The notes: a model not told the origin generated them from the sequence alone. A stretch of 64,000 nt of DNA from an uncultured Pelagibacteraceae bacterium (GCA_902558795.1 CACEFI010000001.1:3665-67664), one strand, 5' to 3'. Shown: positions 32,946 to 41,919, numbered from the stretch's first letter. Translations and numbers: made by a program.

Positions 32946-33173
32946 TTAAAATGCAAATAAAATGATTAATGCAACTACTAATCCAAATAATCCTGTTGCT
33001 TCTGCAAGTGCAAAACCTAAAAGCAAATTAGGAAATTGTTTTTGAGCTGCTGATGGATTTCTCATTGCACCAGATAAATAATTTCCAAAAATTATTCCAA
33101 TACCAACACCGGCACCAGCTAAAGCTATTGCTGCTAAACCTGCTCCGATCATTTTTGCTGCTTCTAATTCCAT
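32946..33173 (-). CDS. atpE: ATP synthase Fo subunit c
   Basis: GAGVGIG, RNP loop, FALAEATG with the carrier Glu. Confidence 0.98.
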   Translation of the reverse strand: MELEAAKMIGAGLAAIALAGAGVGIGIIFGNYLSGAMRNPSAAQKQFPNLLLGFALAEATGLFGLVVALIILFAF

Positions 33174-33178
33174 TATAT

Positions 33179-33184
33179 CCTCCT
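33179..33184 (-). promoter_or_regulatory. Shine-Dalgarno AGGAGG of atpE
   Basis: Minus strand reads ...catAGGAGGatataATG. Confidence 0.8.
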
Positions 33185-33191
33185 ATGTTAA

Positions 33192-33926
33192 TTAATGGTG
33201 TAAATTTAATGCATCATTTAAATAGATGCAGGTTAAAATTGCAAAAACATAAGCTTGAAGAAAAGCAACTAAGATCTCTAAACCTGTTAATGCAACCGAA
33301 AAACTCAGTGGAAGCCATCCACCAACTATTCCAAGACTTATTACAAAGCCTCCGAAAACTTTCATCATTGTGTGACCCGCCATCATGTTAGCAAACAATC
33401 TAACTGATAAACTAATTGGTCTACTTAAATAAGAAATTATTTCTATAACTACAATCAGCGGAAGTAATACTGCGGGAACTCCACTTGGTACAAATAATTT
33501 TAAATATCCAAAACCATGTTTCATAAATCCAATAATTGTTACGCCAATAAAAATAAATGCAGCTAAAACAAATGTTACAATGATATGGCTAGTTACTGTA
33601 AAAGTATAAGGTATCATTCCAAACATATTGCAAAAGAGCACAAACATAAAAAGAGAAAATATAAATGCAAAATATGGTTTTGCTTTAAGACCAGCAGTAT
33701 CGCTAATCATTTTTGAGACAAAAGTATAACTAAGTTCTGCTAGAAGTTGGATTTTATTTGGTATTAGTGAATTTTTTTTTGATCCAAGATTAAAAATTAT
33801 TAGAATTGCAACTGAACTAATAATCATAAACAAACTTGCATTTGTAAATGAGATATCGAATGTGCCTATTTTAATTTCTGGTCCAATTCTGTGCACATTG
33901 AATTGGGTCATTGGATTTGATGCCAT
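33192..33926 (-). CDS. atpB: ATP synthase Fo subunit a
   Basis: IEIISYLSRPISLSVRLFANMMAGH, LEILVAFLQAYVF. Confidence 0.97.
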   Translation of the reverse strand: MASNPMTQFNVHRIGPEIKIGTFDISFTNASLFMIISSVAILIIFNLGSKKNSLIPNKIQLLAELSYTFVSKMISDTAGLKAKPYFAFIFSLFMFVLFCNMFGMIPYTFTVTSHIIVTFVLAAFIFIGVTIIGFMKHGFGYLKLFVPSGVPAVLLPLIVVIEIISYLSRPISLSVRLFANMMAGHTMMKVFGGFVISLGIVGGWLPLSFSVALTGLEILVAFLQAYVFAILTCIYLNDALNLHH

Positions 33927-33936
33927 AAAACTTTAT

Positions 33937-34212
33937 CTATTTTTGCATATTCTTTGCAGACCTAATTACATTGGTTATTCCAGCAACCACACCCACAAAA
34001 AAAAATATTAATATAAACCAGGGTTTAGTACCAAAGGTCTTGTCAAAAATAAACCCAATAATTGTCCCTACAGCCACTGCAGATACTAATTCTGTGCTCA
34101 ATTTGAAGGCTGTTCCAAGAGCTGATGGATTGTCCTTTTTATTATATAGATTTTTCTTTGAAATCTTACTTTTTGCAATCTCTAAGCGAGTTTTGAACGG
34201 ATCTTTTGACAT
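33937..34212 (-). CDS. atpI: ATP synthase accessory protein AtpI/AtpZ
   Basis: LSTELVSAVAVG..IG...D..FGTKPW. First gene of the Fo cluster. Confidence 0.88.
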   Translation of the reverse strand: MSKDPFKTRLEIAKSKISKKNLYNKKDNPSALGTAFKLSTELVSAVAVGTIIGFIFDKTFGTKPWFILIFFFVGVVAGITNVIRSAKNMQK

Positions 34213-34221
34213 TTATATAGT

Positions 34222-36795
34222 TTAGGCAACCATACTCTCTGCTTTTTGTAAATCAACAGCTACTAGCTGACTTATACCTTTTTCAGGCATAGTTACCCCA
34301 TAAAGTCTATTCATTTTAGACATAGTTAAGGCGTGATGAGTTACAATTATAAATTTTGTATTAGTAATTTTAATTAGTTCCTCTAGTAAATTACAAAACC
34401 TTGTAACGTTAGCATCATCAAGAGGAGCATCAACTTCGTCTAATACACATATAGGAGATGGGTTGGTTAAAAAAACTGCAAAAATTAAAGATAGAGCAGT
34501 TAGCGCCTGTTCACCACCCGAAAGCAATGTTATTGATTGAAGTCTTTTGCCAGGAGGGCTTACTAACATTTCTAATCCCGCTTCTAAAGGATCGTCTGAG
34601 TCGACTAATTCTAATTTAGCATTTCCTCCATTAAAAAGTTTTGTGTACACTTCATTAAATTTTCTATTAACTTTTTCAAAAGCCTCAATTAATCTTTCTC
34701 TTCCTTTTTGATTTAGTTCATTAATGCTATCTTTTAATTTCACAATTGCTGTTACAAGGTCTGAACGATCTTGTTCCATCTTTTTAATTTCATCTTCATA
34801 TTTACTAGTTTCCTCATCAGCTTTTAAATTAACAGATCCTAAGCTTTCTCTTTCTTGCTTTTTTTTGTCTAAAGCATCTTCTTGATTAATAGCATCTGGT
34901 AATTCTTCAGCACCAAAAAGATTGGAATTTTCTAAAATATTGTCTTCAGACAAATTTAACTCAGAATTTATTCTATCCAATAAATCACTTTTTCTTTTTT
35001 CAAGACCTTCTATGGTTGCTCCCGAACTTGCTTTTCTCTCTCTAATTTGAATAGATTGTTCTTGAATTTCATTTAACTCATTTCTTAATGTTTCTATTTT
35101 ATTATCAGTTTCTTCAATGATTGCATCATTATCAATTTTCTCTTTATCAGAAATTCTTAAATTTTCAGAAATTTGACCTTTTCTTTCGGCTTGAACTTTA
35201 GGTTGATTATCTAGCTCTTTTAATTGAGCAGAAAGTTTATTTTTTCGTTCAGTTAATTCAGCAACCATTTTTTCTGAATTTGATAATAAGTTTTTCCAAC
35301 TTTCAATTTCAGTTTCAATAGTTTTTATTCTTTCATTACGTTTAATAGACTCATTTTTAATTGATTGATTTTTACTATATGCATCAGCATATTTCTCTTG
35401 AAGTTGTTTTATATTCTGTGACTTTTCATTTACACTTAATAGCTCTTGTCTACTTTTTTCATTTTTTAAATCATTTAAAAAATTATCGAGCTCAATGTTG
35501 CATCTGTCTAGCAATGTAACTGCTTGATTGATTTCATTGATATCAATCAATTCTTTAACTCTATTTATAGAATTTTTAACGTTTTTGATTGGGCCTAAAC
35601 TTGTATTAATAGTTCCTTCAGCAATATTATTTACAACTTCATCTACAGACTCCTGTTCTTTTTTAAGTTCTTTTTTGGCATTTTCTAGATCTTCATTGGA
35701 TAGTTTTTCAGTTTCAAAATATTTAGAGTCTACCTCTATTAAATCTGCTTTTTCTTCTTTAAGTCTTTTTTCATTCGAATTTGCATCAATTATTATTCCT
35801 CTTTCTCTATTTATATCTTCATCAAGAGTTTTTATTGATTTACTGATAGACTCTATTTCATCTTGTATTCTAGTGTTTTCTTCGTCCAAACTTTGTAGTT
35901 CAAGATTAAGTCTTTGAATTCTAGACAAGTTTTCAATGTTTTTTTCTCTAAGAGGAGATACTTTTTCAGTCGCTGTCTTAATTAAATTTTCAAGCTCAGC
36001 TATTTTATTGTTAAATCCCTCTACTTCTCCACCTGCTTCATTATTGATCTCGTTTTCAATTTTTATCTCTTTATCGATCTCTAAAAGTTTTAAGTAATAT
36101 AACCCAGCTTCAATTTTTTTTATTTCATCTGAAATTAATTTATATTTTGTAGCTTCCTCTGCTTGTTTTTGAAGATTGGCTAATTGTTTTTCTTGTTGTC
36201 TACGTAATTCATCAGCTCTTTTAAGATTGTTTTCTGCTGCACCTAGTCTCAGTTCAGCTTCATGCCTTCGAACATGAAGTCCAGAAATTCCTGCAGCTTC
36301 TTCCAAGATAGCTCTTCGATCAGTTGGTTTTGCAGTAACCAAAGCTCCAATACGCCCCTGACTGATCATGGAAGGTGAGTGGGCACCAGTTGATAGATCC
36401 GCAAAAAACATTTGAGCATCTCTTGCTCTTACTTCTTTATCATTAATATAAAATTTAGATCCTTTATCTTTTTCTATTTTTCTTCTGACACTTATTTGAT
36501 CTACATCACGGTATTGAACTGGTCCTTCGTTATTTTTATTTTCTACATCAATTGAAACTTCTGCAATATTTTTTGAAGCTTTATTAGAAGTGCCATTAAA
36601 TATTACATCCTCCATTCCAGAACCACGCATACTTTTTGCAGATGTTTCTCCCATCACCCATCTCAAAGACTCAACAATATTAGATTTTCCACATCCGTTA
36701 GGACCCACTATTCCCGTAAGTCCATCCTCAATTAGAAAATTGGTTTTATCTGCAAAAGATTTAAATCCATTTAATTGGATTTTTTTAAACTCCAT
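34222..36795 (-). CDS. smc: Chromosome segregation ATPase Smc (short, 857 aa)
   Basis: GFKSF, GPNGCGKSN, MRG..MEDVIF, long coiled coils, LSGGEQAL, LDEVDAPLD. Confidence 0.92.
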   Translation of the reverse strand: MEFKKIQLNGFKSFADKTNFLIEDGLTGIVGPNGCGKSNIVESLRWVMGETSAKSMRGSGMEDVIFNGTSNKASKNIAEVSIDVENKNNEGPVQYRDVDQISVRRKIEKDKGSKFYINDKEVRARDAQMFFADLSTGAHSPSMISQGRIGALVTAKPTDRRAILEEAAGISGLHVRRHEAELRLGAAENNLKRADELRRQQEKQLANLQKQAEEATKYKLISDEIKKIEAGLYYLKLLEIDKEIKIENEINNEAGGEVEGFNNKIAELENLIKTATEKVSPLREKNIENLSRIQRLNLELQSLDEENTRIQDEIESISKSIKTLDEDINRERGIIIDANSNEKRLKEEKADLIEVDSKYFETEKLSNEDLENAKKELKKEQESVDEVVNNIAEGTINTSLGPIKNVKNSINRVKELIDINEINQAVTLLDRCNIELDNFLNDLKNEKSRQELLSVNEKSQNIKQLQEKYADAYSKNQSIKNESIKRNERIKTIETEIESWKNLLSNSEKMVAELTERKNKLSAQLKELDNQPKVQAERKGQISENLRISDKEKIDNDAIIEETDNKIETLRNELNEIQEQSIQIRERKASSGATIEGLEKRKSDLLDRINSELNLSEDNILENSNLFGAEELPDAINQEDALDKKKQERESLGSVNLKADEETSKYEDEIKKMEQDRSDLVTAIVKLKDSINELNQKGRERLIEAFEKVNRKFNEVYTKLFNGGNAKLELVDSDDPLEAGLEMLVSPPGKRLQSITLLSGGEQALTALSLIFAVFLTNPSPICVLDEVDAPLDDANVTRFCNLLEELIKITNTKFIIVTHHALTMSKMNRLYGVTMPEKGISQLVAVDLQKAESMVA

Positions 36796-36803
36796 GCACT
36801 AAC

Positions 36804-37430
36804 TTATATCAGTTTTTCTAGAGCTTTTTTTAAATTTTTATAAGTAAGAGTTTTTTCAAATTTTTTGTCATTTATGACTATCGTAGGAGTAGAATTTACT
36901 TTAAAGTTTTTAGCTCCATCTATTCGGTCATTTAAAACAAAATCTTCTATTTCTTTATTGTTTATGCATTCATCAAAATTGATATCAAAGCCTTCACTGG
37001 TCAGAAATTTTTGAAGATTCTCATTTGCTTCCTGCACAGAACTACCCTTTACCCATTTTTGTTGGTTAGCATATAAACTATTTAAAATTGCCGAATCACC
37101 ATCATTTTTACATTGTGATACTTTAGAGGCATTGAAGGCTGCAGCATCTAATGGAAAATGTCTGAATTCAATTTTAGCTAAACCTGTATCAAGATATTCT
37201 TTTTTTAATTCAGGAAATACATCTTTATGAAAATTTGCACAGTGGCTACAAGTTAAAGATTCAAAAGCAATTATTGTAATTTTTGCATTTTGATCTCCAA
37301 TTACTATTCTTTGAATTTCTCCTGAAATTTCAATATTGTTTTCAGTCTTAGCATTTTCTGATTTTTTGTTATCATCTGATGGAGAGCAAGAACTTATAAG
37401 CAGTATTACAACAAATAAAATTTTTTTCAT
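36804..37430 (-). CDS. DsbA-family thiol:disulfide oxidoreductase (probable lipoprotein)
   Basis: LTCSHCANFH (CxxC), RHFPLD, STPT cis-Pro, N-terminal ISSC. Confidence 0.88.
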   Translation of the reverse strand: MKKILFVVILLISSCSPSDDNKKSENAKTENNIEISGEIQRIVIGDQNAKITIIAFESLTCSHCANFHKDVFPELKKEYLDTGLAKIEFRHFPLDAAAFNASKVSQCKNDGDSAILNSLYANQQKWVKGSSVQEANENLQKFLTSEGFDINFDECINNKEIEDFVLNDRIDGAKNFKVNSTPTIVINDKKFEKTLTYKNLKKALEKLI

Positions 37431-37915
37431 TTTCTTTTAAAGACCTTGGTTAATTCGATAAGTGATTTTTTTATTTTGTCATTCTTAACATTATTAATCT
37501 TATCTTGGTATTTATTTATTGCGACATTTTCTTGTTTAGTTTCAGTTTTATTAAAAATTTTTTGTTCATCATCAAAACTAATAAATTTAAGTTTTTCAAT
37601 CACCGTATAACCAAAAAAGCTATTCATCTTATCCATTATGTCTTTTTTTGAATATTCCATATCAACCTCATGTCCTCTTTTAACCATGATTAGCAGGGTA
37701 CTTACTCCAAACTTATTAGAGTTTTTAAATGCTTTTGGATAACAAACTTTAAACAATTCCTCACCAACTATATATTTCCAATTGCTTAAAGTTTCAGAAT
37801 AAATATGTCCTTTTTTATTTATAATTTTTTTTACATTCTTAGGCAAAGTGTCTTTGAATGATCTTAAACCTTGAATGGTTTTACTTCTCTGCTTAGTATT
37901 ATCTTTAAATTGCAT
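37427..37915 (-). CDS. dciA: DUF721/DciA family protein
   Basis: W..IVG..L, then IMDKMNSFFGY..I..LK. Usual mutY/DUF721/dsbA/smc synteny. Confidence 0.72.
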   Translation of the reverse strand: MQFKDNTKQRSKTIQGLRSFKDTLPKNVKKIINKKGHIYSETLSNWKYIVGEELFKVCYPKAFKNSNKFGVSTLLIMVKRGHEVDMEYSKKDIMDKMNSFFGYTVIEKLKFISFDDEQKIFNKTETKQENVAINKYQDKINNVKNDKIKKSLIELTKVFKRK

Positions 37916-38899
37916 ATGAAAGAATTAATAATAACAAATAAAATTCTCAATTGGTACGATATTAATAAAAGAACATTGCCTTGGAGAAAAAAAACTTCCT
38001 TAAAAAAAAAGCAATATTATACGTTGGTTAGTGAATTTATGTTGCAACAAACGCAAGTTGCAACAGTGATCCCATATTTTAATAGATTTATAAAACATAT
38101 CCCCAACCTACAAGTTCTTGCTAAATATGATGATCAAAAATTAATTAATCTTTGGGAAGGTCTTGGCTATTATTCAAGAGTTAGAAATTTAAAAAAAACT
38201 GCTCAAATTGTTATTAAAGACTTTAATAAAAATTTACCTGATAATATTTTAGACCTTAAGTCACTGCCTGGAATTGGAGATTATACAGCAAGTGCTATTA
38301 TGGCTATTGCATTTAATAAACCCATTATTCCTTTAGATGGAAATATCGAAAGAGTTTTGAAAAGATACCTTTATTTAAAAAATGAAAGCCAAATTCAAAA
38401 AGATAATTTAATTGAGCAGAAAAAAATATTTGGTACATCTTTAAGATCTAGTGATTATGCCCAAGCTCTGATGGAATTAGGAGCATTAATATGCAAGCCA
38501 ATTAATCCTCATTGTGAAAGATGTCCTATTTCAGGTAAATGTAAATCAAATAAAAAAAAGGATTTTGTATTAACTAAATTTAAAAAAAATAACAAAGAAA
38601 AATATTATTTAGTTAAAGTGTATAAAAAAGATAAAAAATATTTATTAGTTAAGAATAAAGAATTTAATTTTTTAAAAAATTTGGATATTTTTCCAATGAA
38701 AGAAGTTATTAAACCAAAAAACTTTGATCACAATTTAAATTTTAAAATGTCTAATATGAATATGAATATTAAGATTCAAACTAACAAAACGAATAAAACT
38801 TTGCCTTTTTCTTATTGGGTTGATCCTAAAAAATTAACAAAATATACACTACCAACTTTTACAAAAAAAATTGTTTCCTATTTAGAAAATCATTCATGA
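37916..38899 (+). CDS. mutY: A/G-specific adenine glycosylase
   Basis: R.LPWR, VSEFMLQQTQV, WEGLGYYSR, LPGIGDYTA, DGN..RV, Fe-S motif C-x6-C-x2-C-x5-C. Start moved to ATG 37916. Confidence 0.93.
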   Translation: MKELIITNKILNWYDINKRTLPWRKKTSLKKKQYYTLVSEFMLQQTQVATVIPYFNRFIKHIPNLQVLAKYDDQKLINLWEGLGYYSRVRNLKKTAQIVIKDFNKNLPDNILDLKSLPGIGDYTASAIMAIAFNKPIIPLDGNIERVLKRYLYLKNESQIQKDNLIEQKKIFGTSLRSSDYAQALMELGALICKPINPHCERCPISGKCKSNKKKDFVLTKFKKNNKEKYYLVKVYKKDKKYLLVKNKEFNFLKNLDIFPMKEVIKPKNFDHNLNFKMSNMNMNIKIQTNKTNKTLPFSYWVDPKKLTKYTLPTFTKKIVSYLENHS

Positions 38900-40047
38900 A
38901 AAAAATTGCAATAATTGGAGCAGGTATTTCGGGCTTATTTATTGCAAACTTGTTTAGGGATAATCAAGATTATCAGGTAAATATTTATGAAAAAAATGTC
39001 TCAATTAATTTAGATGAAGGTTATGGAATACAATTATCAACTAATAGTATTAAACTGCTTAATAAAATTGGATTTAATACTTTAGAAAATAAAGATAAAT
39101 TTCATCCAGAAAAAATTGATTTTTATACGATTAAACCAGAAAAAAAAATATGTAATCTAAATATTTCAGATTTTAATTCTGAAGATTGTAAATACACAAC
39201 AATTAAAAGATCTAAATTAATTGAATTTTTAAAAGACAGATTAGATGATGATATAATTAAGTATGATCACAGTATTGAAAAAATTGAAAAAAGTGATGAT
39301 CAAATATATTTAAATTTTAATGATAATAATAAATCAACTTGTGACCATTTAATTATTTCTGATGGTGTTTTTTCAAAAGGAAAATCATTAATTTCTAATA
39401 ATGAGATAAAGTCCTCATATAATAGTACAATTGCTATTAGGGGCAATATTTCAAGAAACAAACTTCAGAATTTAAATGAAAATAATATTTCTTTATTTAT
39501 GGGGCGTAATTTTCATTATGTGATTTATCCAGTGAATAAAGACAAAGAAATTTATAATTTTATTGGAGTTTTGAAACATCAATTAACAGCAAAAGAACTA
39601 GACAATTACAGCCTTTTTAAGGAAGAAACTTTTATTAAAGCCATTAAAGACAAAGTGCAAAATGAATTTTCAATTAATATCCTAGAAAATATTAATAATA
39701 TTAAATGTTTCCCAGTCTTTGTTAGCAAAGGTTATCTTAAACCAGGTAAAAATATCTTTTTACTTGGGGATGCATTTTTTGCTTTCCCACCCTCGTTTGC
39801 CCAAGGGGCATCACAATCAATTGAAGGCGCATCTGAGTTATTTGATAATATTATAAATAATAAAAAGAATTTTTACGACAACAGAGTCGCAAAAGTAAAA
39901 ATGATTAACAACAGATCAAAATTAAATCAATTTGCTTTTCACGTGTCCAATCCAGTGGTAATTTTTTTTAGAAATTTCAGCTTAAGAATACTAACGAAAA
40001 ATAAGAAATTTTTAGAAAATTATTTAGGTAAAATTTACAAGAATTAA
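38896..40047 (+). CDS. FAD-dependent monooxygenase (aromatic hydroxylase-like)
   Basis: IIGAGISG, GIQLS.N, SDG, LLGDA...PP..AQGASQSIE fingerprints. Confidence 0.82.
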   Translation: MKKIAIIGAGISGLFIANLFRDNQDYQVNIYEKNVSINLDEGYGIQLSTNSIKLLNKIGFNTLENKDKFHPEKIDFYTIKPEKKICNLNISDFNSEDCKYTTIKRSKLIEFLKDRLDDDIIKYDHSIEKIEKSDDQIYLNFNDNNKSTCDHLIISDGVFSKGKSLISNNEIKSSYNSTIAIRGNISRNKLQNLNENNISLFMGRNFHYVIYPVNKDKEIYNFIGVLKHQLTAKELDNYSLFKEETFIKAIKDKVQNEFSINILENINNIKCFPVFVSKGYLKPGKNIFLLGDAFFAFPPSFAQGASQSIEGASELFDNIINNKKNFYDNRVAKVKMINNRSKLNQFAFHVSNPVVIFFRNFSLRILTKNKKFLENYLGKIYKN

Positions 40048-41114
40048 TTTTTTGCAATTAATCTTTGTCTTAGATAATCAATCGGATGTATTCTTCCATT
40101 GATGTCACAATGCCAATAAGTCCAACCGTTACAACTTTCAGCTCCTAAAATAGTAGCTGCAACTTTATGTATGGACCCTTCAGCCTGATTATGTTTAATA
40201 CTACCGTCAGCCATAATTCTTGCAGTAATTTTCTTTTTATTATCGAAAATGTTAGTACCAGGTTTGATTATTCCAAGCTCAACCAGAGAGCCAAAAGGAA
40301 TTCTTGGTTTTGATCTATTATTTTTGAGTGTATCTAGTAAATCATCTTCAATAGGTTTTGTATTTTTTAATCTTTGTTCTGCTGCCTTAAAATAACTCTT
40401 TTCTTTTTCAATACCGAAATAATTTCTCCCCAATTTCTTTGCGACTGTTGCTGTGGTTCCAGATCCTAAAAATGGATCTAAGATCATGTCATCTTTTTTA
40501 GATGATGCTAGTAATACTCTGTGAAGAAGAGACTCTGGTTTTTGTGTTGAGTGTACCTTTTTGCCATTTTTCTTTAGTCTCTCAGCTCCATTACAAATTG
40601 GTAAATCCCAATTTGATCTCATTTGAAGATCATCGTTTAAACATTTCAATGATTGATAATTGAAGGTGTATTTTGATTTTTCACTTTTTGAAGCCCAAAT
40701 TAAAGTTTCATGTGCATTGGTAAAACGTGTTCCTCTAAAATTGGGCATAGGATTATTTTTATTCCAAATAACATCATTTAAAATCCAAAAACCTAAATTT
40801 TGTATTGCTGTTCCAACTCTGAATATATTGTGATAACTACCAATAACCCAAATAGCTCCATCTTTTTTTAAAATTCTTTTACACTCTGCCAACCATTGAT
40901 AAGTGAAGTCATCATACTTTTTAAAATTTTCAAATTGATCCCATTTATCGTTTACTGCACTAACTTTTGAACGATCTGGTCTAATCAATTCACTTTTTAA
41001 TTGTAGGTTGTATGGAGGGTCTGCAAAAATTAAATCAAAAGTTTCACGTGGAATTTTCTTTAACTCTTCAAGACTATCACCGTTAATAATTTTATTTTTA
41101 AATTCACTTTTCAT
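40044..41114 (-). CDS. ccrM: GANTC adenine-N6 DNA methyltransferase (CcrM family)
   Basis: FADPPYNLQL, SYHNIFRVG, NPMPNFRGTRFTNAHETLIWA, HSTQKPE, DPFLGSGTT, CNGWTYWH. Downstream of rnhB with no cognate nuclease nearby. Confidence 0.93.
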   Translation of the reverse strand: MKSEFKNKIINGDSLEELKKIPRETFDLIFADPPYNLQLKSELIRPDRSKVSAVNDKWDQFENFKKYDDFTYQWLAECKRILKKDGAIWVIGSYHNIFRVGTAIQNLGFWILNDVIWNKNNPMPNFRGTRFTNAHETLIWASKSEKSKYTFNYQSLKCLNDDLQMRSNWDLPICNGAERLKKNGKKVHSTQKPESLLHRVLLASSKKDDMILDPFLGSGTTATVAKKLGRNYFGIEKEKSYFKAAEQRLKNTKPIEDDLLDTLKNNRSKPRIPFGSLVELGIIKPGTNIFDNKKKITARIMADGSIKHNQAEGSIHKVAATILGAESCNGWTYWHCDINGRIHPIDYLRQRLIAKN

Positions 41115-41126
41115 TTGTAAAAATTA

Positions 41127-41179
41127 ATTAGACTCCAGATGGATTCTTCAGTCAACCTAGGATTGAATTATTTGGATTC
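41127..41179 (-). promoter_or_regulatory. Putative sigma70 promoter of ccrM with three GANTC sites
   Basis: Minus strand TTGACT (41155-41150), 17 bp, TCTAAT (41132-41127). GANTC at 41131-41135, 41142-41146 and 41175-41179. Confidence 0.6.
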
Positions 41180-41206
41180 GATATGTGTTTAGTGAGTAGG
41201 TGGCAA

Positions 41207-41779
41207 CTATATATTGTGTGTCTTAATCTCAGATATAGGAGAGAAAGTTTTTCGGTGATGCTTTGTAACTCCAAATTTTTTTATAGCTTTTAAATGTTGT
41301 TTAGTCCCATACCCAAAATTTTGCTGCCAATCATATCCTTTATTATTGATCGCTAATTTAGTTATAAACTTATCTCTAGCAACCTTAGCAATAATGGATG
41401 CTGCAGAGATAGAAGCAACTTTTTGATCTCCTTTAATTACAGCTTTTAAATTATAATTTTTTAAATCAGGAACTTTATTTCCATCTATCAAAACATACGT
41501 TGGTTTTTTTTTAAGTTTTTTAATTGCTCTTTTCATGGCAAGTAAACTTGCTTGCAAGATATTAATTTTATCTATTTCATTTACTGATGCTTTGCCAATA
41601 GCCCAGATAGAGTTTTTTTTGATATGTTTTGATAATAATTCTCTTTTATCTTTAGAAATACTCTTGGAGTCTTTTAATAATTTTTTATCAATTTTTTTAT
41701 TTAATACTACAGCTGCTGCATATACTGGGCCTATTAAACTTCCTCTACCAACCTCATCGACACCAGCTATAATTTTCAT
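41207..41779 (-). CDS. rnhB: Ribonuclease HII
   Basis: AGVDEVGRG..IGPV, DSK, IDGN, KGD..SISAASIIAK, GYGT..H, HHRK.F. Confidence 0.96.
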   Translation of the reverse strand: MKIIAGVDEVGRGSLIGPVYAAAVVLNKKIDKKLLKDSKSISKDKRELLSKHIKKNSIWAIGKASVNEIDKINILQASLLAMKRAIKKLKKKPTYVLIDGNKVPDLKNYNLKAVIKGDQKVASISAASIIAKVARDKFITKLAINNKGYDWQQNFGYGTKQHLKAIKKFGVTKHHRKTFSPISEIKTHNI

Positions 41780-41914
41780 TTAATTTATTATAAAGTGATA
41801 AATTAATAACCCAACTAAAACTCCTTTTAAAAAAGATATCCAAAGCAAACCATAATTAGAAATATTAAATATCTTTTTACACCATGAAATTAAGTTTTTA
41901 TGTTGCTCAATCAT
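41780..41914 (-). CDS. 44-aa small membrane protein, not in ORF track
   Basis: Hand translation MIEQHKNLISWCKKIFNISNYGLLWISFLKGVLVGLLIYHFIIN*. Its stop abuts the rnhB ATG and its start is 5 bp after the upstream stop. Confidence 0.7.
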   Translation of the reverse strand: MIEQHKNLISWCKKIFNISNYGLLWISFLKGVLVGLLIYHFIIN

Positions 41915-41919
41915 AAAAA

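Noticed and set aside
40044-41114. Methyltransferase as part of a restriction-modification or defence system
   Set aside because: Sequence and rnhB linkage fit orphan CcrM, and there is no adjacent nuclease.
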